Assembly (NCBI RefSeq): GCF_009914755.1 | Contig: NC_060947.1 | Direction: 5' to 3' (one strand) | DNA length: 64,000 nt | From: the human T2T-CHM13v2.0 reference genome, Homo sapiens | Part shown: positions 1 to 14,181 of the stretch, one piece after another | Position numbering within the stretch: the stretch's first letter is position 1 | How the letters are laid out: each line of letters begins with the position of its first letter | Position numbers and translations under genes: made by a program | Notes under the pieces: model-generated | The model's database searches: none | The model's input: only the letters and a program-made list of their open reading frames with translations | What the model was told of the DNA's origin: nothing

Positions 1-498
1 ATCAAATAGTATATCTTTAAAATATATAGACATTTATTATTGTCTGTTTACTCAGCTTTATTATCAGTATATTTTGAATGAAAACTATTCTCCATGGTGA
101 AAGAAATTTTATCTGCCTTGACTTCTATCAAATTCTCAGAACAGAGAACACTCACGTAATCTGTTGACATGAAAGGACAAAAGAGTAGAGAAAATAGATT
201 GAAAAGTTCAATGAGTAGCAAAAAATATGCTTACCACTCTAAAGTAGCCCATTCTTATACTGCTATGAAAAAACATCTGAGACTGGGTAATTTATAAAGA
301 AAAGAAGTTTAATTGACTCACAGTTTTGCTGGCTGGGGAGGCCTCAGGAAACTTACAATCATGGTGGAAGACACATCTTCACAGGGTGGCAGGAGAGAGA
401 ATGAGTGCTGAGTGAAGGGGGAAGCCCCTTAAAAAATCATAAGATCTCATGAGAACTCACTCACCATCATGAAAACAGCATGGGGGTAACTACCCCCA

Positions 499-509
499 TG
501 ATTGAATTA
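499..509 (-). promoter_or_regulatory. DUX4-type motif (TAATTCAATCA) in the 3' THE1 LTR
   Basis: Plus strand TGATTGAATTA; the reverse complement matches TAAYYBAATCA. Motif match only. Confidence 0.45.
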
Positions 510-2429
510 TCTCCACATGGTCCCACCCTTGACATATGAGGATTATGACACTTCAAGGTGAGATTTGGGTGGGGAAACAGAGCCAAACCATATCACTCTG
601 CCCCTAGCCCCTCCCAAATATCATGTCCTGACATTTGAAAACACAATCATGCCCTTCCAATAGTCCCCCCAAATCTTAATCCATTCCAGCATTAACCCAA
701 AAGTCCAAGTCCAAAGTCTCATCTGAGACAAGGCAAGTCCCTACTGCCTATGAGCCTGGAAAATCAAAAGCAAATTAGTCACTTCCTAGATACAATGGGG
801 GTACAGGAGTGGGATAAATACACCCATTCCAAATGGGAGAAATTGGCCTAAGCAAAGGGGTACAGGCCCCCATGGAAGTCTGAAATCCAACAAGGCAGTC
901 AATAAAGTTCCAAAGTGATCTCCTTTGACTCCATGTCTCACATCCAGGTCATGCTGATGCAAGAGGTGGGCTCTCATGGCCTTGGGCAGCTCCTCCCCTG
1001 TGACTTTGCTTGGTACAGTCCCACTTGTGGCTGCTTTCACAGGCTACCATTGAGTGTCTGCAGCTTTTCCAGGTGCACGGTGTAAACTGTTGGTGGATCT
1101 ACCATTCTGGGGTCTGGAGGATGGTGGCCATCTTCTCACAGGTCCATTATGCAGTACCCCAGGGGGACTTTGTGTGGGGGCTCCAACCCCACATTTCCCT
1201 TTTGCAGTGCCCTAGCAGAGGTTACCCATGAGTGCTCTGCCCCCACAGAAAACTTCTGCCTGGACATCCAGGCATTTACACACATCCTCTGAAATTTAAG
1301 CAGAGGTTCCCAAACCTCAATTCTTGACATCTTTGCACATGCAGGCTCAACACCAAAGGAAGCTGCCAAGGCTTGAGGCTTGCATCCCCTGATGCAATGG
1401 CCTGAGTTGTACCTTGGCACCTTTTAGCCATGCTGCAGCAGATGAGACACAGCACCAAATCCTGAGGCTGCACACTGCAGGGGGAATCTGGACCTGGTCC
1501 AGGAAATCACTTTTCCCTCCTAGGCCTCCAGGCCTGTGATGAGAGGGGCTTCCCTGAAGGTCTCTGGCATGTCCTGGAGACATTTTCCCTATTGTCTTGG
1601 CAATTAGCATTTGGCTCCTCATTACTTATGCAAATTTATGCAGCTGCCTTAAATTTCTCCCCAGTAAATAGTTTATTCTTTTCTATCACATTGTCAAGCT
1701 TCAAATTTTCCAAACTTTTATGCTCTGCTTCCTCTTGAATGTTTTGCCACTTAGAAATTTATTCTGCCAGATACCCTAAATCATCTCTCTCAAGTTCAAA
1801 GTTCTACAGATATCTAGGGTAGGGGCAAGATGCCACCAGTCTCTTTGCATAGCAGGAATGACCTTTGCTCCAGTCCCCAACAAGTTCCTCATCTCCATCT
1901 GAGACCACCTCAGCATGGACTTCATTGTCCATATCACTATCAGCATTTTGGTCAAAGCCATTCAACAAGTCTCTAGGAAGTTTCAACCTTTCCCACATCG
2001 TCCTGTCTTCTGAGCCCTCCAAGTCTCTAGGAAGTTCCAAACTTTCCCATGTTTTCCTGTCTTCTTCTGAGCCCTCCAAACTGTTTCAACCTCTGCCTGT
2101 TACCCAGTTCCAAAGTTGCTTCGACATTTTCAGTTATCCTTATAGCAGCAACCCACTCCCTTGGTACCAATTTACTGTATTAGTCTATTCTCATGCTGCT
2201 ATGAACACCCAAGACTGAGTAATTTATAAAGAAAGGAGTTTTAATTTACTCACAATTCCACATGTCTGGGGAAGCCTCAAGAAACTTACAATCATGGCAG
2301 AAGGTACCTCTTCACAGGGTGACAGGAGATAGAATGAGTGCTGAGTAAAGTGGGGAGCCCTTTATAAAACCATTAGATCTCATGAGAACTCACTCAGTAT
2401 CATGGGAGCAGCATAGGAAACCACCCCCA

Positions 2430-2440
2430 TGATTCAATTA
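2430..2440 (-). promoter_or_regulatory. DUX4-type motif (TAATTGAATCA) in the 5' THE1 LTR
   Basis: Plus strand TGATTCAATTA; the reverse complement matches TAAYYBAATCA. Motif match only. Confidence 0.5.
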
Positions 2441-3912
2441 TCTCCACTTGGTCCTGACCTTGACACATGGGGATTATTACAATTCAAGGTGAGATTTGGG
2501 TGGGGACACAGAGCCAAACCATATCACACCCCTTCAATCCCTTCCAGTCTTCAGTAAGATGAAGACTCTTAGAGAAATACAAAGCAAACAAAACAAAACA
2601 GGCATTATTTTTGAAGGTTCTATGGCATAAAGTGTCCTTAGGAAATATTCCGTTTTCTGTTAGAGTAAGAAGAAGGAATATAACAAAGGAGATTAAGAAT
2701 ATAGGAGATTTTAAGGATGATAAAATGTTAGTATCAAAAAGCACAAAGATGAGGCTTCCAGAGTTAGGGAAGGGTATTACAAAGAAACACAGTAAGAGCC
2801 TTGCATAATTTTATTGGATTAAGGTATGAGAGGTGTCCAGAGACTGGAAAACTAGGGCCTCTTACAGTGACCAGTATTAACAGAAATAAAAGGCATTATA
2901 AACAGCCAGTTATGATGGGATTCCAGGAAGTCAATGGTGGAGGATCTGTGGATTTTGCAAATATGAAATGGTTTATTTCTTCATTTTCCTCTTTATTCAT
3001 GATGACTTGGGTTAGAAGGCCAAGAGGAGACCTTAATGAGGAAGGAATATTAAAATTTATTCAGGAAATATTTCTAACTCTCTTATCCCTTGATCTTATT
3101 ATTTTCTATTAGAAGCCAAATGATTCAATTACTGTTTACATATTCACTATTAACTGGTTAGCTCTTTTCAGTTTGTTAATAAAATACTAGTAATAAGGGC
3201 GTGACATAAAAATGTTTTTTCACTTATTGTCTTTGGGTTTACTCTTTTAAAATATGTGACAGCTATTTATTTAGATTATAAACTAGTGTGTTAGCTTTTT
3301 CTTTTATTGAATATTATATTTCAATATAGTTTGGATGTTTGTCTCCTCCAAGTCTCATGTTATAATGTAATCCCCAATGTGGGAGGTGTGGCGTGGTGGA
3401 AGGTGATTGGATCCTGGGGGCAGATCCCTGACAAATGGCTTAGTGCCATCCCCTTGGTGATGAATGAGTACACATGAGAGCTGATTGTTTAAAAGACTCT
3501 GGCCCCGTCCTCTCACTCCCTCTCTCTTGCCATTCTTGCTATGTGACATGCCTGCTCCCACTTTGCCTTCCGCCATGATTGTAAGGTTCCTGAGACCCTC
3601 AACGAAAACAGATGCTGGAGCCATTTTGGTACAGACTGCTGAACCACGAGCTAATTAAACCTCTTCTCTTTATAAATTATGCAGTCTCAGGTATTTTTTA
3701 TAGCAATGCAAAAATGGTCGAACCCAGAAATATGGTTCTAAGGAGTGAGGCATTGCTATAAAGACACATTAAAATGGGGAAGCAGCTTTTGAACTGGGTA
3801 ATAGACAGAGGTGGGAAGAGACCAGAGGACTCAGAAGAAGACATAAAGGTGAGAAAATGTTTGGACCTTCTTCGAGACTAGTTAAATAGTTGTGACCAAA
3901 ATGTTGATAGTG

Positions 3913-4184
3913 GGTTGGGCCTGGTGGCTCACACTTGTAATCCCAGGATTCTGGGGGGCCTCAGTGGGTGGATCACTTGAGGTCAAGAATTTAAAAAAAA
4001 TACAAAAATTTAGCTGGGCATGGTGGTGGGTGCCTATAATCCGAGCTACTTGGGAGGCTGAGGTTGGGGGGGAATCACTTGAACCCGGGAAGTGGAGGTT
4101 TCAGTGAGCCGAGATTGTGTCACTGCACTCCAGCCTGGGTGACAGAGGAAAACTCTGTCTCAAAATAAAAATAAAAATAATAAA
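3913..4184 (+). mobile_element. AluS with ~40 bp internal deletion in the left arm
   Basis: Alu 5' end GGTTGGGCCTGGTGGCTCAC; GAGGTCAAGAATT joins directly to the A-rich linker; A-rich tail; decayed TSD ending in ATAGT. Confidence 0.92.
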
Positions 4185-5356
4185 CACTTATAGTAATATG
4201 GACAGTGAAGTCCAGGCTAACAAGGTCTCAGATTGAAATAAGAAATTTATTGGGAACTGGAGCAAAGGTCACCCTTGTTATGTCTTAGCAAAAAACTTAG
4301 TTGCATTGTGTTCATGACCTAGGAATCTGTGGAAGATTCAACTTAAGAGTGATAACTTAAAGTATCCAGCAGAAGTAATTTCTAAGCCACTAAGCATTCA
4401 AGATGTGGCCTGGCTGCTTCTAACCACTTACCACAGATGTGGGAGCAAAGAAAATACTTAAAATTGGAATGCATATTTGAAAGTGATGCAGAGCATAATA
4501 GTTCATTATATGCATGATAATCATAGTAGGGATATTTGTAGCTTAGCCATGTGGTAGAAAAAAGAAAAGTCCATTTTCAGAGGAAGAATCCAAGTTGGCA
4601 GAGCAATCATTTGCTAGAGGGATTTGCATGACTAAAAGAGAAGCAGGTGCTGATAGCCAAGACAATGGAAAGAAAGGCCTCAAATGCATTCCAGAAATCT
4701 ATGAGGCAGCCACTTCCATCACAGGCTCAGAGGCCTAGAAGGAGAAAATGGCTTAATTGGCCAGGCCCAGGGCCCTGCTACCCTGTATCACCCCAGGAGG
4801 CTTCTCCAGCTTCAGCCTTGGCTCAAAGGGGCCCACATACAGGTCAGGCTGCAGCTCTGAAGAGTGCAAGCTACTGTAAGCCTTGGTGGTGATTTCTTGT
4901 GGTGTTAAGTCTGTGGGCACAAGGAATGCAAGAACTAAGCTAAGGGGGCTTGGCACCTTCCCCTGAGATTTCAGAGAATACATCAGAAAGCCTGGGTTTT
5001 CAGGCAGAAGAGTAATGCAGGGGTGGATAGCCCCCAGAGAAACTACCCAGAGCAGTGCAGAGGGGAAATATGGGATTAAAGGCTCCACACAGAGTCTCCA
5101 CTGGGGTACTGCCTAGTGCAGCTGTGGGAAGGAGGCTGCCACCTTCTAGACCACAAATGGTAGAGCTACAGGCAGCTTGTATCCTGGGCCTACAAAAGCC
5201 ACAGATGCTCAACTCCAACCCATGAGAGCAGCCACAGGTCTGGACCCTGAAAAGCCATAGGGACAAGGCTGTCCAAGGCTTTGGGATCCCACCCCTCAAA
5301 CCAGGATGTGGGATGTGGAGTCAAAAATTATTTTGGAGCTTTAAGATATAATGCCT

Positions 5357-5722
<366 letters not shown>

Positions 5723-7710
5723 TTATTTTAAGACAGAATTGTTTACCCAATGCGTGTACCATCATTGTTTCTTGGAAGTAAAATATTTGCTTTTGATTTC
5801 ATAGACTCATAGGTAAAAGGAACTCATCTCCACATGAGATCTTGGACTTTGGACTTGGTACTTGGCACATTTGATTGAGTTGATGCTGGAACAACTTAAG
5901 ACTTTGGGGAAATATTGAGAAGGGATGATTGTATTTTGCAATGTGTAAAGGACATGAGATAGGAGGGGGCAGGGATGCAATGACCTAGTTTGGATATTGT
6001 CCCCTCTAAATCATATGTTGGAGGTAGGACTTGGTGGAAGGTGATTTGATCATGCAGGCAGATCCCTCATGAATGGCTTCACGCTATACCATTGGTGATG
6101 AGTGAGTTCACATGAGAAGTAACTGTTTGAAAGAGCCTGGCTTGCTCTTCTCATTCTCTGGCTCTCTTGCTCCTGCTCTCACCATGTAATGTGCCTGCTC
6201 CTGCTTTACCTTCCACCATAATTGTAAGGTTCCTGAGGCCCTCACCAGAAGCAGATGATGGAGCCATGCTAAGACAGACTAGAAAATCATGGGCCAAGTA
6301 AACCTCTTTTCTTTATAAATCATCTAGTCTCTGGAATTTCTTTATAGCAGTCCCAACATGGCTTTAATACATCTTTCTAAAATTTTAAACTGCTAACTGA
6401 GTTATTTAAGGCATACTATATTATGCCTTAAATAAACATTTATCATGACAAGGGAATTCTCCAACCATGTTTTTAATGTATTATCTTTTTCCTTTACATC
6501 ATTTCAATGCTTTCTTGAGGAAATAAAATGTATTTCTTGTGGTGAGCTTAAATGAATTACAGAAAGCTTCAAACTTGTCAGAAATTTATTTTCTTCCTAT
6601 AACTTTAAAAAAATTTGTGTATTTTCCCTTTGGACTTAAAATAAGAAGCAAGGATGAAACAAAATAAAGCAACATAATAAAAAAGACACAAATATATCAT
6701 TTAAGCTCCTTAAATACATTTGAATTTCTGGAAGTTCAGGAAACCTGAGTTTTTACTAAGTTGCTGAACCACAATGTAATATTGTAAATAAAATCATACA
6801 AAATGTTATTTCTTTCTTACAGAAGGATTGAATCAGTGAAACTGGTTTACAAATTTATGTTTCTTAATATTTCATTGCTCTTGAACAGCATATCCTATTA
6901 CTACAGAATAAACTAGACATTTTGTTTATTTTTTGTTAGAACACATTTAGAATTAGGAAATCATGAATACATTAACATGCAAGTCAAAAGAAGGAAAGTT
7001 TAAGCGCCAGATTTTACAGTCTTGTTGATTTTGTGAATTCAAATAAATACATTTTATTTGTTTTTCTAGACATCCAGAAGAGCAAATACATTACATACAC
7101 ATTTCCATTGCAATTTAAAGTTGAAAAGTTGCTTCTAGCTTTCTGTGCACTACACACATTGCCACAGATCTTAGACAAACCTGTCACCAGGTACTAGTGC
7201 AGAAAAAACATTGTTATTATTTTTTAGATTGAAATGATTATGTCTTGTAGGTAACACCATTATTGGATCTAAAATGCAGAGGTAATTATGACAACATTAG
7301 GTAAAGTGGTTGCTTTCTAATTACATAGTATTGATTCTAAGGGTCCTAATATATTAATACTTTGGTTTAAATATGTATTGAACTTGGAAACTTTACTATA
7401 AACTATTTAGCCATTAAACCATTTTAAAAAATAATTTTAACCTTTCTCAACAAAATTTTTCAAGTATGGTGTATATTTACATGCCATGAAAATAGTGATA
7501 CTGTATTTTATGATAGCTATAACAGTAAGTAATCTTGATGACCTTTTTTTTTGTGTTTAAGTACCTATATTCCAAGCATACGAGACATATTTTCAGTAAA
7601 GACAAGAAAGCATCAACCTATTTTGGATCTCATTTTGAGTCCCATGTGTTTCCCTGACAAAAACCTCACTTTTTTCATATTTGGAACTTTATTATTATAC
7701 ATGTATACAT

Positions 7711-8072
7711 TGATGTGGTTTGGCTGTGTCCCCACCCAAATCTCATTTTGAATTGTAGTTCCCATCATTCCCATGTGCCATGGAAGGGACCTGGTGGGAG
7801 GTAATTGAATCATGGGGGTGGATTTTTCTCATACTGTTCTCGTGACAGTGAATAAGTCTCACGAGATCTGATGGTTTTATCAAGAGGAGTTCCCCTACAC
7901 AAGTTCTCTTGCCTGCCACCATGTCAGACATGACTTTGCTCCTCATTCACCTTTAGCCATGATTTTGAGGCCTCCCTGACCATGTGGCTGTGAGTCAATT
8001 AAACCTTTTTCCTTTATAAATTACCCAGTCTCGAGTATGTCTTTACTAGCAGCATGAGAACAGACTAATACA
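7711..8072 (+). mobile_element. THE1 solo LTR
   Basis: TGATGTGGTTTGGCTGTGTCCCCACCC…GACTAATACA; perfect TSD TACAT (7706-7710, 8073-8077); intact TAATTGAATCA at 7802-7812. Confidence 0.95.
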
Positions 8073-8166
8073 TACATATAATTATTTTATAACTTTTAAA
8101 TATACAAATTTGTAGTTATGTTTTATTTGTCATTCCTAATGTGGTCTTCTACTTGTGTCAATACAT

Positions 8167-8211
<45 letters not shown>

Positions 8212-8216
8212 CAGAT
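8167..8216. repeat. (ATAG)n tetranucleotide microsatellite
   Basis: About 11 perfect ATAG units read directly. Confidence 0.95.
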
Positions 8217-8416
8217 ATGTATGTCTTTTCTATGAGACATATTTCATTTTTTGGACTTGAGTTTTATTTTTTTAAATTATGCAGCTGATATGACTTTATT
8301 TAGTTAGTTAGATTATAGGCCATTCTTTTTGTAATATTTCAATTTAATTGATTTTGCTTTTACTCTCCCTTAATTCTATCCTTCACTTCCACACACATTA
8401 TCTGGCTTGTTTTTAG

Positions 8417-8724
<308 letters not shown>

Positions 8725-8959
8725 TACATTTATTTGAAGTCAAATAGAACTGTTTAAACGTATTTGTCTATAGCTTATTGGTTTAATTTTTTTTGAATTA
8801 TACTGATGAGGAAAAAAGTGCTTTGGGGGATATCAGGATGACTTTAGTTTTGATTGTATAGCTATGGATGGTTGTAATCATAGGCTTGGGGTATCTAAAC
8901 TGTGGCCTCTGTTTTTGTTTTTATTTTATTTTTAATATTGTGTTTATATTGTACCTTTT

Positions 8960-9300
8960 TGAAATATATAGTAGTGTAAGAAGTGAGATACAGGTAAACA
9001 GTATAGTTTTCCAAGTAATATTCTTTTTCCTAAGCATGATTTATCAAATAAGCTATCTTTCTCATGCCTATTGAAAATGTCACTTTTATGTTATTCAAAA
9101 TCTCCTAGTGGATTTTAGGCCTATTATGACTTCTCTAGTCTATTCCACTGACCTAATTTATATTTATAACTCAGTACCCATATTTTTATTATTAGAGATT
9201 AACAGTTGTTTTTAATATGCACTAGAGCTATTCCTTCTTATTGCACATAATTTTCAGAGACTTTTTTGGCCAAATCTGAATATGTTTCATATATTAGATT
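8960..9300 (-). mobile_element. Highly diverged L1M ORF2 fragment
   Basis: Weak resemblance to antisense L1 ORF2 3' region (CTATTCCACTGACC…, GCTATCTTTCTCATG…). Confidence 0.35.
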
Positions 9301-9784
9301 TATTTTTTTAATATCCAAGCTGATTAAAATCACTAAAGGTACAAAGCAAATTTTTAGAGCAACACTGGTATTTTCTTGTTTATTTCTATAGGAGTTCAAT
9401 GAGCTTTTTTTGGCTTTTTAAATCATATCATTATAATTATGAATATATAATTTTATACATTTAAAGTATTTTAGTCTACTACATATTTTATTCTGTTTGT
9501 GACTAATAGAAGCCCTCTTATGTAGACAGCTTTTTGTGCTGTCTACATATGTATGATGCTGGTTTAACATGATACATTACTGCATGAGAGTTTTCATACA
9601 TTCTAACACAAAAAGAAATACAATGTTAATCTTATACTTTTCTTGCCAAAGTGCTGAAAGAAAACATTGCTTTATGTTTGTGTTTTTTTATAGGGATATA
9701 TTTATTAGCTCTAGTTTCTTTCATATGGATATATAATTAAAAGTATATTATTAAATTATTATTATTAATTATATATATATACAG

Positions 9785-10794
9785 ACACACCAATAATGAA
9801 CCAGTTTATAAAAGAAAGAAATCCCATTTGTAATAGCTACAAAAATACCAAGGAATGAATTTAACCAAGGAGATTTAAAAATCTCTACAACAAATACTAT
9901 AAAACACTAATGAAATAAATGTAAGAGGACACACATAAAATAAAAAGACAATCTATGTTCATGAATTGGAAGAACTGATACTGTCAATATGACCATACTA
10001 CCCAAAGGAAGCTACAGACAGAATGCAGTTTCTATCAGAATACCCATTAACATTATTCAAAGATAAAAAAAATCCAAAAATTTGTATGGAACCACAAAAT
10101 GACCACAAATAATCAAAGCAATCCTGAGAAAAAGAACATCCTGATGTCACACCACCTGACATCAAAATATGCTACAAACTTATAGTAACTAAAACTACAT
10201 GTACTGGTATAAAAACAGACACTTCAACCAATGGAACAGAATAGAGAGCCCAGAAATAAATCTGTGCATTTACAGTTAATTACTTTTCAACAAAGGAACC
10301 AGAAACATACATTGATAAAATAAAAGCCTGTTCAATAAATGATGCTCAGAAAACTAGATATCCATATGCAGAAGAATAAAAATAAACCCTTACCTCTCAC
10401 TATATGCAATAACTAGATTAAAATGATTTAAAAACTCAAACGTAAGACCCAAAACTATAAATCTACTAGAAGAAAACATAGGGTAAATGTTTCAGGACAT
10501 TTGTGTGGGCAAAGAGTTTATAGATAAGACTTCAAAAGCACAAACAACAAAAGCAAAAATAGACAAATAATAAGATATCAAACTAAAAACTTCTTCACAG
10601 GAAACAAAAATCACCAGAGTGAAGGGATGATCTGCAGAATGGGAGAAAATATATGCAAACTATTCATCTGATAAGGGATTAATATCCAGAATATACAAAG
10701 AACTCAACTCCCAACACCAAAACACAATAATCAATTTACAAAATGGGAAAATTATCTGAATAGATATTCCACAAAAGAAGGCATACAAATGGCT
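9785..10794 (+). mobile_element. L1M/L1MA ORF2 3' fragment
   Basis: Recognisable ORF2 motifs (ATCCCATTTGTAATAGCTAC, CAATGGAACAGAATAGAGAGCCCAGAAATAAA, TCTGATAAGGGATTAATATCCAGAATATAC) with many disablements. Confidence 0.85.
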
Positions 10795-10799
10795 TTAAA

Positions 10800-12035
10800 T
10801 AAATTGTCATCTTTTCAAATGTGACCAGACTACTTTGAGGAACTTATCCTTACTTCATAAAGCCAATAGACTTGGAAAATGACTAATCTGGTACCTCGTC
10901 TACATGATAGCCTTACAGGATTCTTATCCTTGTAGTTACTAAATAATGTTAGTTTCTGACAGGGTTAGGAATCCCAGTATATTTTGGGATCTTGAGAAGA
11001 GAGGAAATTACCGAATTTATACAGATATTACAGGAACAGTCTGAAGGTGAATCCTTGGTTGGGCTTCGCAGCCTCAAGAGACTTTTAAATACCTGACCTA
11101 AAATTCCTTATTAAAAAGTTTTAGCAAAGCCAACTTCTAAAAAGTCTATATAGTAAGTAACTATTATTACTGTACTTTACAAAAATAATCAGGCCAAATA
11201 CTAAACTTACTTTGCAAACGAATTAGTCTTACCAGGATTATCTTTGGTAAAAAAATGGGGGTGACTGTAGAGAGAAAAAAAAACAGGTTTTAGGGGAAAA
11301 TGCTATAGTACACCTATTAATAGACTTTACCTCATTGATTTTGAGGGTTTATTATCAATCTCAAATCTGGAATTGAATCCTGAAATTTTTTTTAGTTTTC
11401 TCCAATATATGACTATGACTTTCTGAACTAATATTTGCCATTTTTCTCCCACAGCTTTTATTTGAAATCCCTGAAATTAAAACTATTCTTTCCTGAAATC
11501 CTGCAAACTAAAATTGGACAATTTGATATCAACTTCATAGAAATCACTGCAAGAGCTTATGTATAGGCAACTTCTATGCCTATAATTGAGTATACTACTC
11601 AGAATTTTCCTGGTTTGCATTTTGCATCTGGTGTTCACTGGAAACTGCAAACCAGGAAAATTCTGTCAGATTACCACTATCTGTTCTCATGCCATCCAAA
11701 TATGCCTCAAGCTGAACATCTAACATTCTTCTCAACTGGCTGCTTTTTGGACTCAAAAATTGAGTTTATAGTTTGTTCTACCCATTAACCTTTGCTTTTC
11801 TATTGTTTACATAGAAATACCCTTTATTAAATATCTGGTTGCTCAAATCATATAGAGGCCTGACATTGGTAGAAGACCATCTTCAACACCACTGCCTGAA
11901 CTGAGACACAGCTTTAACTGTTTAACTGGACTGACCTATTCTGAGACTGAGAGACTGAGTCAATGGCTTATAAGATAATCCATTGACCTAATTTCTGGAC
12001 TGTGAAAATTCTTAAGGAAGTTTCAGAATGGAGAA
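10800..12035 (+). mobile_element. ERV1 MER4-group internal-region remnant
   Basis: Resembles MER4-group internal sequence and ends in a purine tract directly before a TG-starting LTR; the 5' LTR is absent. Confidence 0.55.
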
Positions 12036-12687
12036 TGTTGGTGCTAAGAATGAAGGTCTCAGAAGTAGCCTCAGAAGCAATAGTTTCTCTCTGACACTCT
12101 CATACCCTTCTGTCTCTGACTCTCATTCTCCCTCAAAGCTAGCCATAGACAGTAGAAGGTGGATCTTAGAAACGCAACTAATTCAAGGTGGGTCATAGAA
12201 ACCAGAAACCCTTTTCTCTAAAGCCAGACACAAAACCTAAAACGATTATGTATTCCTTCCACCACTTTTCTGTGTAAAAACTTGCCGTAAAAAAATCACC
12301 TGATCGACTATGTTTGATTATAGGTCATCAGACCTCCATTCCAGAGAAGGTTCTGTCTTATCCCAGGAGGAAGGATTGCTGCACAGAGAGGCCATGAAGA
12401 ATCTAAACAGACCAGCCTTGCCAGGTTTTTCTACTCAGTCTATTAGAAATACATCATAAACCTTTTGTCCAAACATATGTCTACATGGCATCTATACTTT
12501 GCTGTTTATAAGTATAAAACTGGACAGTTTCCCTTGTATCTTTGGATCTTCATTCAGAAAGTTCCTGTGTCATGCAAAATTGATCAAATAAATTTGTATG
12601 CTGTTCCTCCTATTAATCTGTCTTTTTTTGGTTGTTTTTTAGTGAACCTTCAGAGGGTGAAGGGGCAGTATTCCCTTAGTCCTTACA
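12036..12687 (+). mobile_element. ERV1 LTR (MER39-like)
   Basis: TG…CA termini; TGAAGGTCTCAGAAGTAGCCTCAGAAGCA near the 5' end; AATAAA near 12587; ends GTGAACCTTCAGAGGGTGAAGGGG…CCTTACA. Confidence 0.7.
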
Positions 12688-13700
12688 GTACAAATTAATG
12701 GTTTTTTAATATATTCACATTTATGTTTCACCATCACCACAATCAATTTCAAAGCATTTTCCTCACAGCAAAACAAAAACAAGTACTACTTATCAATTAC
12801 CCTCACCTTCCCTCACCTTAGAGAAACACTAATCTGCTTTCTGTTTTTATAGATTTCCCAGCACTTGACATTTTCTACAAATGGAATCACATAATGGGCA
12901 GGCTTCTGTGAATGGCTTCTTTCACTTAGAAGAATGTTCATCCATGTTGTAGCATGTATCAGTGTTTTATTCCTAAGACAAAATAATATCCTATTTTATA
13001 AATATACCACATTTTTTATACACTTGCTAATTGAACTTTTGGCTTGTTGCTATCATTGGCTGTTTCTACCATTATGAATAATGCAGTTATAAACAATTTT
13101 CTAAATGTTTTGGTATGGTCATATGTTTTCATTTTATCTTCCTCAGAATGTAATCAATGGGTCCTCTGTTATTTCTGTGTTGAATCATTTGAGGAACTGC
13201 CAGACTCTTACACAAAGTATTTGCATCATTTTTACATTTCCACAAGGAGTGTATGAGGGTTCCAAATTCTCCACGACCAAGGGAAAACTTTTTTTATTTG
13301 ACTTTTGATTCTAGCCACCTTAGTGAGTGTGAAGGAATATTTCATTGTAGTTTTCATTGCATTTTGCTGATGAATAATGATGTAATAATGGCTCATTGGA
13401 CATTTTTATATCTTCTTTGAAGAAATGTCCATTTAATTTATTTGTCTTTTTATTATTGAGATGTGTCATTCACATATTCTGTATATATGTATTTTATTTT
13501 AGTTATTCTGGGTCATTTTTGTTTCCATACATGTCTTATGTCACCTTAACAATTTCTCTAACTTGCCTGCTGGAATTTTGGATTAGGAATACATTGAATC
13601 TGTAGCTCCATTTTATTAATGACATTGATAATTATTAGTAGCATTGACATCTTAACAATGCTGAGTTTTTCTTTTCATGCAATTTTGTATCTTTCTATGT
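12688..13700 (-). mobile_element. L1MB-type 3' end and ORF2 remnants
   Basis: Antisense 3'UTR motifs (CACCATCACCACAATCAATTT, TTCATCCATGTTGTAGCATGTATCAG, TTTGAGGAACTGCCAGACT). Confidence 0.75.
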
Positions 13701-13834
13701 ATTTATATGTAATTTAATTTCTATCATTAGTTTCTAGAACCAACACTGTAAAATTGAAGTTATGAAAACATGATTTTGCATTTTTGTGATTTGAGGGAAT
13801 GGTTGGAAATCTTAAGATCATTTGGCCAATATAT

Positions 13835-14030
13835 TTGATTGGCAAATAATAATTGTATATATTTATGGAGCACAATGTGATGTTCTGATATATACATATA
13901 TATACATTATAAAAATATTAAATCAAGCTAATTAACATAAACTTTATCTCACCTACTTTTTTTGTAGTGAGAATGTTTAAAATCTACTCTTTAAGCAGTG
14001 TCAAAATACACAATACATTATTATTAACTT
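13835..14030 (-). mobile_element. L1MA 3' terminus
   Basis: AATAATTGTATATATTTATGGAGCACAATGTGATGTT…AAATCAAGCTAATTAACATA…, the typical L1MA tail. Confidence 0.75.
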
Positions 14031-14092
14031 GATCTGCTTCCCAGAAATTCAATTACATCACCTTCAAAAATAGATAATTATTATGCTCTTTT

Positions 14093-14181
14093 ATACATTT
14101 ATTTATGCTTGACTTATTTTTTAATACGTATTTATGCTTGACTTGACTTTTATATACTTATTTATGCCTGACTTGTTTTTT
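14093..14181. repeat. Three-copy ~30 bp tandem repeat (core TATTTATGCTTGACTT)
   Basis: Core at 14100, 14129 and 14159. Confidence 0.85.

Larger units (their letters stand above)
240..2526 (-). mobile_element. Complete THE1 (ERVL-MaLR, THE1C-like) provirus: LTR-internal-LTR
   Basis: Two similar ~350 bp LTRs (240-595, 2176-2526) end in ...GCCAAACCATATCA, the reverse complement of the THE1 start TGATATGGTTTGGC. They flank a ~1.58 kb THE1-int, whose decayed ORF pieces appear in the track (e.g. 1804-2079). 5-bp TSD CACTC (235-239) / CACCC (2527-2531). Confidence 0.95.

Noticed and set aside
786-2218. Cluster of overlapping ORFs suggesting a compact gene
   Set aside because: All lie in THE1-int and are decayed or chance frames of the MaLR internal sequence.
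14093-14181. CRISPR-like repeat-spacer array
   Set aside because: Only three degenerate units, with short T-rich spacers, no cas genes and a primate context.
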